Notes: generated from the sequence alone by a model not told the origin. Numbered from the stretch's first letter, positions 42,430 to 55,800 are shown. The stretch is DNA of 64,000 nucleotides from Epiperipatus broadwayi (GCA_028023455.1 JAQFVV010000009.1:15438001-15502000); one strand, 5' to 3'. Translations and numbers: made by a program.

Positions 42430-43514
42430 ATGCAGAAGATGAAAAAAGATGTCACAAGATTTCTGCCATCCAGTAAATTCATTTCCAAATTAGTAACCAT
42501 CCTTCAAAACTTCACAAACTGGTCTGGGCTTCATTTTAATAATAAAAAATCATCAGCATGAAGACTATCCTCAGGTTCAAAGGTTATATCTCAATTTTCA
42601 GCAAAAACCCAAAAATTCTTGGGGTTTCCGATCACCCACTGTCATGAGAAGATCCTTTCAGGAACACATCATCCTTGCTACCAGCAAGATCACAGATGCC
42701 CTTTCTTGAGTATACCTATCGATCCATGCAAAAGTATCTTTAATAAATATGCTAATTTATCCAAGGTTAAACTTCTTCTTGCCTGCTTCTAATTTCATCC
42801 AATCTTTCATAAGGAAAATTCAATGCCTTATGTGCCAAACTTATTTGGGGCAAAAAAATTGCAGTGATTAGTCTAAACAAACTTCAAAGACCAATCAATC
42901 TTAATGGTCTCTCCTCACATTCCATCACAATGTTGCTATTTCAGAAATCATTCAATACAATGCACAGACTACTACACAATTACCCTAAAGTAGACTTCCT
43001 TTCTAGGATAATACCTACTGATCGTCCACCACCTAATGGGCTAACCTGGCTAACTTCCCTGATCGGCTGGCTCGAGAAGCATATTCCAATCTTGGGCAAT
43101 ACTTTCAATGGGAAAGTAACATATTGGCATGCCTACAACCTTGTACATAATTCTTCCCACCCAGAATCAACCCTTTTGGATATGAAAAATAAAATAAGAA
43201 TAAGAAAATTTAAACTATGGATCTTAGAGCCCAAATACCTGGACTTTGTTTTGAAAATCAACCTGGAAGCTTTACCAACCAATTTTTTTCTATCATTTAA
43301 AAGAAGGATTACCAAAATTAATCCCATATGTCAACTTTATCTGAGGGAAGAAGAAACCACTCCTCATGTTCTGTTCTATTGTCAGGTGCACAATATACAT
43401 AGAATTGAAACACTATCCAATACAAAACAATCAAAACCTTCTCTTCTCTCATTATTGGATTGTATTAAAAGTGGATATTTTTCTGTTGTATATTTTATGG
43501 TCTATCATATGTAA
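42430..43514 (+). mobile_element. L1/Tx1-like LINE 3' fragment (RT C-terminus and zinc-finger region)
   Basis: DVTRF..F...SGLHFN.KKS, KFLG, LWG..IAVISLNKLQRPINLNGL (GGLG-like) and CQLY..EEETTPHVLFYCQ in ORF 42864-43514; upstream frames are disrupted. Confidence 0.8.
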
Positions 43515-43734
43515 GATCATGTTGTACCCAATGACAAAGATCATTGTGAACTTATTCCACAATATACTCAAAACATGTAAGCTTAGAGATAAAACACTGG
43601 CATCACCGGATATTCACGCAACATTGAGCTTAAATGCCTTTCCTATTGAACTGGGTTCGATCTGAATTTTTCTTGAGAACAGGTTTGTTCAATATAGGTC
43701 ACTAGACAATGCATATTGGCTGTCAAGGACGATT

Positions 43735-43850
43735 GGGGGGGGGGGGTAAAACTGTAAATATAGATTGTATATCAACCACTACGTTATTTCACTGTAAAAA
43801 AAAATTTTTCTATATTTTCACTGTAAAATTTAGCATTGAATAAAGATTCT
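43735..43850 (+). mobile_element. Possible polypurine tract plus LTR start, same type as 1002-1020
   Basis: G12 run followed by TAAAAC-TGTAA. Confidence 0.3.
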
Positions 43851-46679
43851 TTGTTTTAAAAATAAAAAAAAAAAGATTTATAAAATCTTTTGACTTTGTT
43901 AAAATAAACAACAGAAGAAATGTCGATGGACAGAGAGCAAGGGAATCTTTCCCTGAAGAGATTAATGACAGATCTTATCTTTATTATTTTAGCAAGCATT
44001 AATGCATACAAACATATATACATAATATTTATATAATTTTAACTAGTTAAATTGATAAATAAAAATTAATAAAATGCTTGATTAAAATATTAACTATATT
44101 GGTGATTGATGCATATTTGTTTATTATTCTTAAATACATTACTAAAAGTAATTGAGTTCATTATTTCTTTTATATAAATTTGTCCTTGCATTTGTATCAT
44201 TTGTCACTTACATACATTAAACTAGTCTCATTTTTGCACGTATTACATTGATAAATAAAACTATTGGGAGTTGAGATATAGCAGGACGGATAATAGTTAA
44301 AAATAATGATTTTTCTTTTCTCGGTATTTTTTTTTTTTAATGAAATAAATGATCTTATAGTTTATATATTGTACTATACAGGCAGATAATAAATTAAAAC
44401 TCGGTTTTTCCTAGTTTTTTTTTTTTAATATAGCATTTTCATTTGATTTTAAGTAATTAATTAGACGTGTAGATGCTTTTATTATTGTTAAGACACAAAT
44501 CACAATCAACATAAAAGATAACAGTAGAAATTGAAACCAAAAGATAGATTCCTTCACAATTTTAAATATAATTCTGCCATTATACGCATAAATTGGATAG
44601 TCATGAACTATTTGGTTAATCATTTATGTTTGGCGGCAGTTGTTATGAATTATACACAAATTTATTGAGAGTTAAAAAAAAAGAATAAGAAATGGAATCG
44701 ACAACTACACAGAGTATACTATATTTTGTACATTACAAATCTTATAACAAACTGCTAAAATCATCCGTTAGATGGCTCTTTATTATGCAATTTCTTCACG
44801 CGGTTCTTTACAGATTAACTTCTTTAACACAAATATTTAGAAAACAAATTACAACAGCAAGAAGAGAAAAAATTTAAATCAATAAAAATTGATGAAAATT
44901 CGTTGCATTCTTCAAATGGCTGAAACTAAAATTAAATGATAAACTTCACATTATCATTTTTCTTACAAAACAAACTATCATTTTTTTATTTTAATTTCGG
45001 GTGGAAAAACTTTTTTAAAATTTTTATATATTCAAAGTAAAATATGCATGATAATATATAAGCTGTCGGGATTTCGATTTTAGCAATTCTAAAAAATGTG
45101 ACCTTAAATTTGAAGTGCTAGAATAGATATGTTAAGAAATAACAAACTATAACTAACGATGATCGAGCAGTGCCACTTGGAAATACTATTCTATTATCTA
45201 GTCGTCCCCAAACTACCTACTTCGAATGTTAAGGATATTTGAATCAAGTAATAAGAAAGCAAGTGATCACCTGCAATGGCTTGTCACTGTTTTTCAATGA
45301 GTTGCAAATTGGCTTCCTTCAAAATCATTCCCTCTCCAACAACAACAAAAAAATCAGTATTTCAAAATCATCTAATATAAGCATGAATAATAAGTAGACA
45401 CTAGATGGTAGAGCTACATCCAAGTTATCATAGTTACCATACTATTTTATACTTGGTCTTCTTCAGTGGCCGATAATAGAAATGCAAAAAATAAAATAAC
45501 ATAGTTTTGAACCCCAGTTAATTTGCTTGTATAATTATATGGGTCGATCATTATATCAGCAATTATATATTTGACTTTAAATTTTTAGCAACTATAGGTA
45601 TCTTTGAACCTTTGGCAAGAATGCTATATACCAAACATTACAGTAACGTTTATCTTTTATTATATCTCTAGTCACATGATTGCAAACGAATGTATGGAAT
45701 TATTAAAAATATTTATAAAATATTGTGTGACTTTCTCTGTTTACTTTTAAGTTCTATATTAGAAGCTCTGTGTGATATATACAATACCCCCTGCCCAAAT
45801 CAGACATGACTATACTTAATATAAAATTGAGGTCTCTAAACATATAGCTACTAGTTTAATATCAGACTTATATAGCCATAATACCAATTATATTTATTTC
45901 AAAATCTTAACGAAGTTTTTGAATTTCATGTTACTGGATTGAACAATACAAAAGAAATAATATGGCTGCTATGTATTTGCAAATCTGATGTTTTTCAGTG
46001 AAGAGCATTCATTAGGTAGGAATTAAGAAATAGCATTACCATTTAGAATCCATCAAACCCTCAAGCTTATAATAAAATGAATTTACTCGAATAAATAGAA
46101 TGAATTGATGTATTTAAGAAAAAAAGTCATGAGATACTTTGGCATAATATGATGCTCTTTTACCCTCAAAATTATCTTTCTCTTCATCCATTACTTAACC
46201 TTCAACATCTACAAAAAGTATGTGATGCCTTTAGAAAAATTCATATGCCTTAATGTTATAGAATTTTATATATTGAACAGGTGTTCATCTCAGTATTTTT
46301 AGGGGTATCCATATTTTATAAAAAATATATTAATTTGAATTTTACTTACATAGTATAACTTTTATATCAATTTATGGTATTTCCTATTGTTGTAGTCTAA
46401 ACTTAAATAATTTTATTTCTCTTTTTTTTGCAATCTATGATTATTTTTTCCTATTTTTGCATACAAATATTATAATCCTTATAATTATAAATTTATTTAA
46501 ACACACATTGATTATGTAAGTAATATTTACTAAGGCTGTAACCTCAAGAATATGCATGTAAAATGTGATATTAGGGACCTCTACATGTCTTAACCACAAG
46601 CTAGAAGCAGTATCAAATACTACTGTAGTCTTCATGTTACAAAATGATGTTGTAGCCATTGCAGGTTAAATATGTTCAT

Positions 46680-46960
46680 ATAATACTAATATCATTTATG
46701 TTCTTTATTACTTTGAACAATGCTTTTTTACAATCCACTATTGATGGTTTTTATTGCCCCAGCAACCTTCTTCAGAACTATAATAAATACAATACAAATA
46801 CATGAATACAAATATACATGAACATATAATTTTACATTATATATATATACAAATTTTCTATCTTATAATCACTATTTATATATCCACATAAACCACCAAT
46901 AATGGGTTGTAAAAAAGCATTGTAAAAAGTAATAAAGAACACAAACAATATTAATATTAT
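46680..46960. mobile_element. Family C fold-back with a decayed minimal hammerhead-like motif (46739-46779, minus strand)
   Basis: ~70-bp inverted arms (46680-46750 and 46890-46960). Minus strand AGTT-CTGAAGA-A-GGTTGC-TGGG-GCAATA-AAAA-CCA-TC-AAT has G12 replaced by A. Confidence 0.55.
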
Positions 46961-48892
46961 GTGGATTTGGCAATGCAATAAGAAAGATAAAGTTATAATG
47001 CTTCATAAAGATGACCTTAAATATGTTCACAGAAAAGATAATTGCCCATTCTTTAAATCTACTATATCCATCTTCCTTTCCAAGTTATTCAATAAAAAAG
47101 TTTCTTTGCATTATTATCATAACTGATAAATGTTATTTTATCAATAAATATTGTTTGTCTTCCTGAAAAGAAAATGTAATCATCTTCCTTTAAAGAGAAT
47201 CTCTTTTGACATTCACATATTTCCTCCTAGTATATATGCCAATGCAGCTTCTTTGAAAAAAAAAAGATATAAATTTGTGTATTATTTTTTCTCTCACAAT
47301 GTTTTGCATGTAAAAATAACTAAAAGATGAGGAGGAATATAGAAGAAAAAAACTTCTATGATTAATTTTTTTCTCTATATATAAATAGAAAGAAGCACAG
47401 TTGTAAGAATTGGTACTGATATATTAAACTCTTAATCCACTATTTTTCAAAGGATCTGAGAAACAATAGATATGCAAAAGTGATAGATAACTGTAATTTT
47501 TGCATTATTTACTAAAATACTGTACAGACAATAAACAACTTAACCCATTAGCTTTAAGTACAATTCACGTATTATAATGCAAACAGTCTTCACCTATTGA
47601 TAGCAAAATGGGTGTACTGGTTAAAAAGAAGCTCTGAAGAAGAATATTGGTTAGGCGAAACTCTCAGAATGATAAAGTTAAATAATCACCGTTATAGTGA
47701 TAAAGAAAAATAAGTTTTTTTAATTATATAGATGACAATAGAGCTAAAAAAACAGAATGGTTATCATTCTTTCTTGTGACCGCTGTTGATGCTACATAAC
47801 TCAGTGAGAGGTAGTTACATCCATTTCAATTATAGATATTTAAAACGTATGTTATTTATTATTTATACAGTATATGTATTTATAAATTTAATATATTAAT
47901 TATATAAAATTTAAAACTGTGGCTAATATTAATTATAATGAAAAGGTAAATTATTTTTGTTTTAAGAAGATATTTTTTTCTATCTATCATCAATATTCTT
48001 TCAATCTTTTTGCATTGCTAATTTTAAATAAAACTCACACATTTCCATTAAAACAAGATTAAACATTAAATACTTCCTAATGCTATACTATTTATTGTAA
48101 ATAAAACAGAAAAATTATATAACATTACGATACTAGCCAAAATACAAAATTTTACTAAAATCTATTTGTTAATAGATGAAACCATAGTCCTGGAAAAATT
48201 TAGTAAAATGTTGTGCTTTTTTTTATTAGTATTGTAATGTTATATGATTTTTCTATAATATTAAACATATATATAATAATAAATCCCTTACTAATATACA
48301 TATAAAATTGATATGTTACGTTAAAAATAAAGCTAAAACCAATTTTTTGCATATATAAAAAAGACAAAATGTATAATGATTCAGATTTGATAATGGTTAA
48401 TAAACTATTAAAATTTTATAATATATGTAAAGATCTATAAAATAATATAATTTATTTAAAATAAATATTTAACTACAAAAATGATTATACAATATAAAAA
48501 AAGTTTTAATTTATATACTATTAATTACAAATTTAAATATAATAATTGTAAATTCAAATATTTTTTTAAAAATCCAATAGAGAGTGTAAAGGGAAAGAAG
48601 AAAATACTGTAATTTTATTTAAAAATCCCTTTTTAAAAGTAGATTCCTTATTAATTAAAGTCGGAAAAAAAAAAAAGTGGGTTATTTTATAACGATAGCA
48701 ATTATTTATCCAATAATACTAACTAAAATATCACATGACCTCACATGGCCACCACTTCTTATGCTTGTGTATAACTGTTGTTAAAACAGGTAAAACTCAC
48801 TATATGTATTATCACACACAGCAAGCTAGAGTAATCATGGATGCCAGAAGGCTTGTGCATAAAATCCCCATCTAGTGCCTACTCTTCCAATA

Positions 48893-48934
48893 TCCCCAGA
48901 CTAGTTTCTGGCTTGTGTCCTTCATCAGTGAGGA
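48893..48934 (-). ncRNA. Type I hammerhead motif, family B (weakened stem II)
   Basis: TCCTCA-CTGATGA-A-GGA-CACAA-GCC-A-GAAA-CTAG-TC-TGGGGA. Confidence 0.7.
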
Positions 48935-48979
48935 GCCTTGGATCCTAAGATCTAGGGGCAGTGCTCTCAGATCCAAGGC

Positions 48980-49021
48980 TCCTCACTGACAAAGGCCACA
49001 AGCCAGAAACTAGTCTGGGGA
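48980..49021 (+). ncRNA. Type I hammerhead motif, family B, core mutated (CTGACAA)
   Basis: TCCTCA-CTGACAA-A-GGC-CACAA-GCC-A-GAAA-CTAG-TC-TGGGGA; stem II GGC/GCC covaries with AGC/GCT in other copies. Confidence 0.65.
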
Positions 49022-51030
49022 TATTGGATGAGTAGGCACTAGATGGGCATTTTATGCACAAGCCTTCTGGCATCCATAGATTATTCTAGCTTGCTGTGTG
49101 TGACAATACGTATAGTGAGTTTTGCCTGTTTTAACTATCTAAAATAGTAAGTTTAAAATTATTTTAAAAAATATTTTAAATTATTAATACTTGTTAAATG
49201 ATTTAAAAATCATATTTTTAAAAAATTAAAAACGATTTTATTTATATATAATGTTGATTAACAATTTACTATTCAATGCATAAAAACTGACTGCAGAAAA
49301 ATTAGTGCTGTTAAGTAAAAGATTCTTTGATTTCTGTTGACAACATTAAAAAAGTGAGTAATCTCCAACATCGATTCAGTTCTCTTCTAGCTGTTCCTAC
49401 TATATGATTATTCATATAGTAAATGAACATAAATGGAATGCTCAATCAGAGAGTATGCCTTTGTTGGTGTTTCTTCTTAGTTGCCTGATAATTCTTAACT
49501 GAAATTTCAGATAGATTTTCTTGAAAGCAGAATAAAATGTATGTACAAATATTTTTTTTTCTTTTAAAAGATTTATAATATTGACAGATAAAACTAAATT
49601 ATGGTTCTTAAATCAAGGAGATTGTAAAGATGTCAGCCAAGACTCTGATTAGTAGTTAAAGAGGGAAGCTGATAAGAATCACCTATTTTAAGATCCAAGC
49701 TACCATTTGATGCCAACCTTTTATTTAGGTAGTTACAACTGAAGATCGACTTGAGATAAGAAATGTCTAATTTTAAATGGGACATTGTTGGACTTTGTAA
49801 ATCTGGAAGAAAAGGTGAAGAGACAATTGATTTTAAAAAGGGATATGTATTTTACTATAAAGGTGCAACTATTGAAAGTGGAAGAACAACAATGTGAAAA
49901 TTAATAATATATCAGACAGTGGCAAGATTAATTATTTTCAATTAATGGAAGCTATCAAATGCAGATAATTGCAAGTTTTGTCCCAACATGTTTTCATTAT
50001 GCTGGTAAACAATTGAAAAATGAAAACGCTGTGCTCAAATTGGGTTGTGGTAATAAAAATGAAAGACAATAAAGACTTGTGGAGTTTGCATGAAAAAAAA
50101 ACCCTATGAATTTCAAGATTGTAATGTTCTAATAGATTCAACACAGAAAGTTCCATTGATTAGTAAGATATAAAATATTTGTTAATGCAAAACTAAAGAC
50201 GAAAACTATTAATAAAAACAATATTAACTGTTTATATTCCTACTCTTGAAAAATACTCCACAACAATTTAAAATAGAACTTGCAAATAAATTTAAAATAG
50301 TAGCAGATTTGAAGATGATTCAGATTTTAAAGACATCAATAAAAAGATAAGTGATATGCTATTATGAATTACAACAAAGATAGCTAGTACAAAAAACAGT
50401 AATTTACTAATATATTTTTTATTGAGATGAGATAATGTATGAAGAAAAGAAGCAATGTGATTTTTTTTTAAAAATGACTCATTAAGCAATGTTGAACGTT
50501 TAGAGTTTTGTAAAATTAATACAAAAGAAATAACAATGTAAAAAACATAAATTTGAATTGCCAAGAAAAAACCATTAAAAGAGAATAAAAATCTCAAAAG
50601 TATAAAACAATATCTTGATATTGTAAACAAAGTTATTTCTAACAATAAGAAGAAAAGATGGAATTATTATTAAAAAGAGAAATGTCATTATAAAATGTAT
50701 GGAAAAGTTTTGTCAAGAATTATATAACATTATTTTTCTCTTTTTATTTTATTAATAAAGAATAAGATTAGAAATAATAAAATGGCAAAAGTTAAATTTA
50801 TAGGTATTAAAATAAAAAACTAAAAGATGTTAAAATATAGTAAAATGATAGATAGGAAGAAAAGATGAAGGATAAAAAGTAAAAAATAAAATAAAATTGA
50901 TAAAGAAGTAATAAAGGGTAGTTTTTAAAAAATTTTAAAAATAAAATAGGTTTTTTAAAAAAAAAAATACAAAATTGTGTATTTGATAGGTTTTTTTGTA
51001 TATTTTATATTTATATATAGGTTATATATA

Positions 51031-51046
51031 TGTGTGTGTGTGTGTG
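51031..51046. repeat. (TG)n microsatellite in a TA/TG-rich tract
   Basis: TG run inside the insertion interrupting the RTE. Confidence 0.9.
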
Positions 51047-51202
51047 CGTGCATATATGTACATGCAGGGATTATATATGTGTATGTATATATATATGTAA
51101 GTTTTTGAGGCTATGTATGTATATATTTTTTTGATATACATGTATATATATTTTTATATGTATATGAAGTAAAGGTTATATGTTTATATCATTCAATATT
51201 GT

Positions 51203-51241
51203 AGCTCTGATGAAGACTGCAGGACAATCAAAACTGTCAAG
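51203..51241 (+). ncRNA. Decayed minimal hammerhead-like motif, family C
   Basis: AGCT-CTGATGA-A-GACTG-CAGGA-CAATC-AAAA-CTG-TC-AAG. Two G>A changes would restore stem II (GACTG/CAGTC) and GAAA; stem I is poor. Confidence 0.45.
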
Positions 51242-52630
51242 AAAATAAAGGAATTATTAAGAAAAATTTTGCATTAAAATGTATATAAAGGGGTTATTGT
51301 AAGCAATATATATGAAGATTTATATAACAAACAAAACAAAGTATTCCCTATAGTTACTGCATCTTCTGAATTATCCAGCATTTTAAATGAAAAAGCAAGA
51401 TGTGCAATTAAATCTATGGAAACAATGGAATTATAATTGATATTTTAAAAGCAGCAGCTAAAGAAATAGAAAAATTGTTGGCAAAGTTGTATACCAAATA
51501 TCCAAGTGGTAAAGATATATACCTGATGATCTAAAAGAATGTAGAGTTAATATTGATAGTTTAAAAAAGTGATAAAAAAGACAGTTGCATAAAAAAATTT
51601 TTATCAAGATAATTTCAACTCATTTATATAACATTTAAATTTTAACCAATCAAAAGAACAAACTGGACTTAAAAGTTGGCACAGTGAATCACATCCAAAT
51701 ATTGAGAGATGTTGTCATTATGTTTGAATTTGTAGATTATGAAAAGGCATTTGATTTCTGTAAGCATTTCTAGTGATTAAAGCATTGGATCATCAAGATA
51801 TAGACCTAGGATATTGTAATTTTCTAAAAATATTTATCAAATTGCAATAGCAATGATGAGATTGTATGCTGGTAGTAAGAAGATTAACATTGATAAGGAT
51901 GCATGACAGGATAACTTCATATCTCCAAAACTTCTTACAGCAGTTTTACAATAAACATTTTGTAGATTAAAATGGGAAATTAAATGAGTAAAGGAAATTA
52001 TTTAATCCATCTAGAATTTGCAGAGAATATGTTATTTTTGTAAATAACGTTCCAGAGCTTCAGAAAATGTTGCAATGTTCAATGGTTTACTCAAAAGAAA
52101 TTAAATAAAAATTGATAATCAAATAGAAGTTAACAACTGCAAATATCTTAGTCAGATTATTAATACAGATTGAAATATAATAAATAAAATTAATCATCAA
52201 TTGAACTTGGATGTAATGACTTGAGATGGAAATAATTTAATGTTTAAAAAAAAATATGTATTTGAAAAGGAAGGTTTTTATTAAATGTGTTACCAATTCA
52301 TACTTATGGACCTCAGATTTGGACCTTAAAACAAAGTCATTTCAAAAACTTATTCAATTAATATGGAGAAATGAATGTTAGAAGTAACAAGAAGAGACCA
52401 AAAATGAAACACATGGATGTGCAAACAAACAGATATCACTGACATCATTGAAATAATTAAAAAACAAAAATAAAAATAGGATGAATATATTGTCAGAAAA
52501 GATGATAACAGATGGGCAATTGAAGTCTTAAATTGGATCCTAAAAGATTGTAAGAGACCTAGAATGAGATCCAGGGAATTGATAATAGTTGAAAATAATG
52601 AAATGATGTATAAAAAAATAAATAAAATGA

Positions 52631-53520
52631 ATCATCATCATCATCATCATCAACCATTATCAATCCATTACAGGATAAAGGTTCAAGTTCGATCCATTTC
52701 TCCAATCTCTAGCTTCTCTTCTAACATCACCCCTGCATACTTTCTTACTTCATCCATCCATCTCACACATGATCTTTTTCTGGGTCTTTTACAATCTCCT
52801 GAAATCCAGTTTAAGATTTAAATTGTCCATCTATTATCATCTCTTCTGATAATATGCCCAGCCCAACTCCATTTCACTCTTTGACTTCTTTCAACAATGT
52901 CAGTAACACCTGTTTGTTCTCTTACCTATGTATTGTATTTTCAATCTCTTCTTTTTATTCCTAACATGCATCTCTCCATTTTTCTTTGAGTGATCTGAAG
53001 TCTCTGTATTGCTTTTCTATTAAGTGTCCAAGTCTCAGATCCATAAGTAAGAATTGGTTAAAACACATTTATTAAAAACTTTCCTTTTCAAACACAAGCA
53101 CTCCAACTAAGTTTAATTCTATGATTTATTTCATCCATTATTCTATCTATAATAATAATTTAACAAAGGTATTTGTAATTGTTAACTTCTAACTCATCAT
53201 TATCAATCTTTATTGTCATCTTTTGAGTAAATCCATTGAACATTACTTTAGTCTTTTTAACATTTATCTTTAGTCCTAGTTTCTCACTTACATCTGATTA
53301 CTCTTGCAACATTTCCTGAAGCTCTGAAGCTTATTTGCAAAAACAATTACATCATCTGCAAAATCTAAATGACTTAAATAATCTCCATTTATTTTTACTC
53401 CTTTAGCTTCCCATTTTAATCACACAAATACTTATTGCAACACTGCTGTAAAAACTTTTGGAAATATTGAGTCACTCTGTCTTACAACATTCTCAAGGTT
53501 AATCTTTCTCAACTGTGCAC
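52631..53520 (-). mobile_element. 5'-truncated RTE-clade LINE with an (ATG)n tail, tail-to-tail with the + strand copy
   Basis: Minus strand reads VVRQSD (~53480), HLDFADD (~53350-53372) and KVFNKCVL; (CAT)7 at 52631-52652 marks the 3' tail. Confidence 0.85.
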
Positions 53521-54559
53521 AACATATAAAAAACTCAGACATTTGTTTTCAAATCAAAAGAAAACAAAAAAAAATACGAAAAAAATGTCTAATGTCCAGT
53601 AAATTTGTCAAAAACCATAGTACTTTATTTTTTCATTAATTTTTTTATGCAGTAATCATTAATAAATTAGATTTAATTTTATTTCATTAATATTGTTTAA
53701 TATTTAATTTTTCCTTTAATACTAATCTTTTTAAATCAATAAGAACAGAAATACTGTATTAAAATTGTAAATCAACAATTTTTTCTATAATAAAGAATAT
53801 TTTTGCCAAAAATAAATTAGAAAATATGTATTGCAATCATTAAGGTTTTTTTTAACTGTTCGTACTCATTAACAATAGAAAGTAACAAAAATTTCTGTTT
53901 CATAACAAAATATTGGTAATAGTTGATTAGACACACATGCTGTGTGATGGTGTTGTTGCTATGCAAAAACTATAAAATATGAATGTTCCCAGGCCATATT
54001 TTTGGGGGGTTTTCTTTCTTTTTTCTTGGAAAAAAACAACAACACAGAATTTGTACTTTTTCAATATTTTTTTTATTAACCTCAACTAATTTAGAACACA
54101 AAAAAAATCAAACCCAGAATTTGTAGTTTTTAAAGGTCTTTCTAACCAACAAATACCAATAAATATTATTAAAAAATTGATATTGTTTTATATTTGGAAA
54201 TCTAGTCTGCAAATCTCCAAATAATAATATGAATATATCAACAGAAATGAAAATATTTTCTCCTTTTATGATTGTAAAACAAGCGTCGGTGTAAAAAATA
54301 CATTTATATTTAGATATGTTACAATTACATAGTATGAATAAAATATAGTTCAATTTTTTAAAAATAAATGCAAATTCCTGCAAGTAGGATGAAAACAAAA
54401 TATAGTTCAATTTTTTAAAAATAGAGGGCGAAAAGTTATGGCCACTAAAAGTCAGTTTTACCTTCTGTTCAAATCTTTTAAGTTCATTATTATAACTGGA
54501 AGTTTTCCTAGATATTTCAGAAATGGTCATATCACAAATAACATGACACATTTATTATA

Positions 54560-55800
54560 AAATTTTGCTTTATAGTAAAATATATCTCATTATGAGTTGT
54601 TTCTTCAAATTGCAATTTTCTTCTTGTAAACCTGGCCATCTTTTCTTTTGGTTTTCTGTTAAACAATTGACATTATCAATTTCATCCAATTTATTCCTGA
54701 AATTAATAGAAATTCAGAAAGTGAGTTAAAAACATTTGTCCCTAACAATATATTAAATTATATATTTTGTCTCATTGTAACAATTTATCCCATAAAACAG
54801 TAAGACAGATTCATAATCATTAAAATATAGTTTCTTTAACTCCAATTTACTCATTGGTTTTATCTGAATTATATATAACTCTAATATTTTGATAACTAGA
54901 TTTTAATGCTGAAACTGCATCTATTCTTAATGCCTATCTAGTATCAGGTATTCTTTTTTTTTATATTGAGATTGAATGTGTATCATATTGTTTATGAAAA
55001 TATTACATGGTTAAATGGACAACAAAAATATAAATACAAGTCAAAATAGTGCAATATGCCAGAACAGTTTCCTGCAGCATAGTTTCCTATTAAATTTATA
55101 GTAGAGTTACTGCATGAAGTATAAGTTGCTGTAGATATTTTATTCTAGCAATCCACTGCATTTTTCAGTCATATTTATTAAATTGTTGTCCATAATGATC
55201 CTTACAGACTTTCTATATCTAAAAATAACCACCCCACAAAATTTAATATAATCCATTCTAAATATTCAGAATCATGATTTTTGACTCTGAGGAATCCATA
55301 AATCCCTTTTTATATTTTCATTTTAATCAACAAATCTCAGGACAGAAGTTAATTGGTCTGCATGAATAATATCAGGAATAGAGTTTACAATAATGAAATA
55401 ATAAATACTCCTTGAACTTTAGAAAATAAATATTTCTGAACTTCACTGCTTTAATGTGTAATAATGATTCATGTTATTTCTACCTGATTACTGAATGTTT
55501 GCAAATGACTTTTCAAAAAATAATCAAATTCCACAAGATATTCAATACAAAATGTAAAATTTGGAACCTGCGTCTTTTCTGTGACTACAAAATGCTAATC
55601 CCAAACTGGTCAATAATTTCATAATGGCACCAATACTTTTTCTCTAAATTAACTAGCTTTTTCCATGTGTATTGATAAGCTCAGTAATTGATATTCATTT
55701 TTAGAGAATTAATATTAATTTGAAATGACATGAGGAAGATTTGTGTTCTTTCAAACTTCAGACTTAATTTTTCCAGTCATCAAACCTTCTTGAAAATTTA
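54560..55800 (-). mobile_element. Degenerate LINE RT relic
   Basis: Minus-strand F..EKSFA (D.EKAFD-like, ~55500-55525), SVLLFYG (~54790-54815) and an RKPK.RW-like end (~54630-54660). Confidence 0.45.

Larger units (their letters stand above)
48723..49146. mobile_element. Family B fold-back, locus 3, with two head-to-head hammerheads and a possible 8-bp TSD
   Basis: Arms ~48782-48944 and ~48970-49135; junction microhomology GATC 48941-48944; CTAAAATA at 48723-48730 and 49139-49146. Confidence 0.85.
49620..52620 (+). mobile_element. Degenerate near-full-length RTE-clade LINE with a ~0.6 kb insertion
   Basis: Endonuclease (FKWDIVGLCK.GRKGEETID ~49775), RT motifs VDYEKAFD (~51735), G..QD..ISPKLLTA (~51900), HLEFA (~52010), TYG..IW (~52300) and DDNRWAIEVLNWI.KDCKRPR (~52500). 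Confidence 0.85.

Noticed and set aside
42864-43514. 216-aa ORF as a host gene
   Set aside because: It is the C-terminal part of an L1/Tx1-like ORF2 with disrupted upstream frames.
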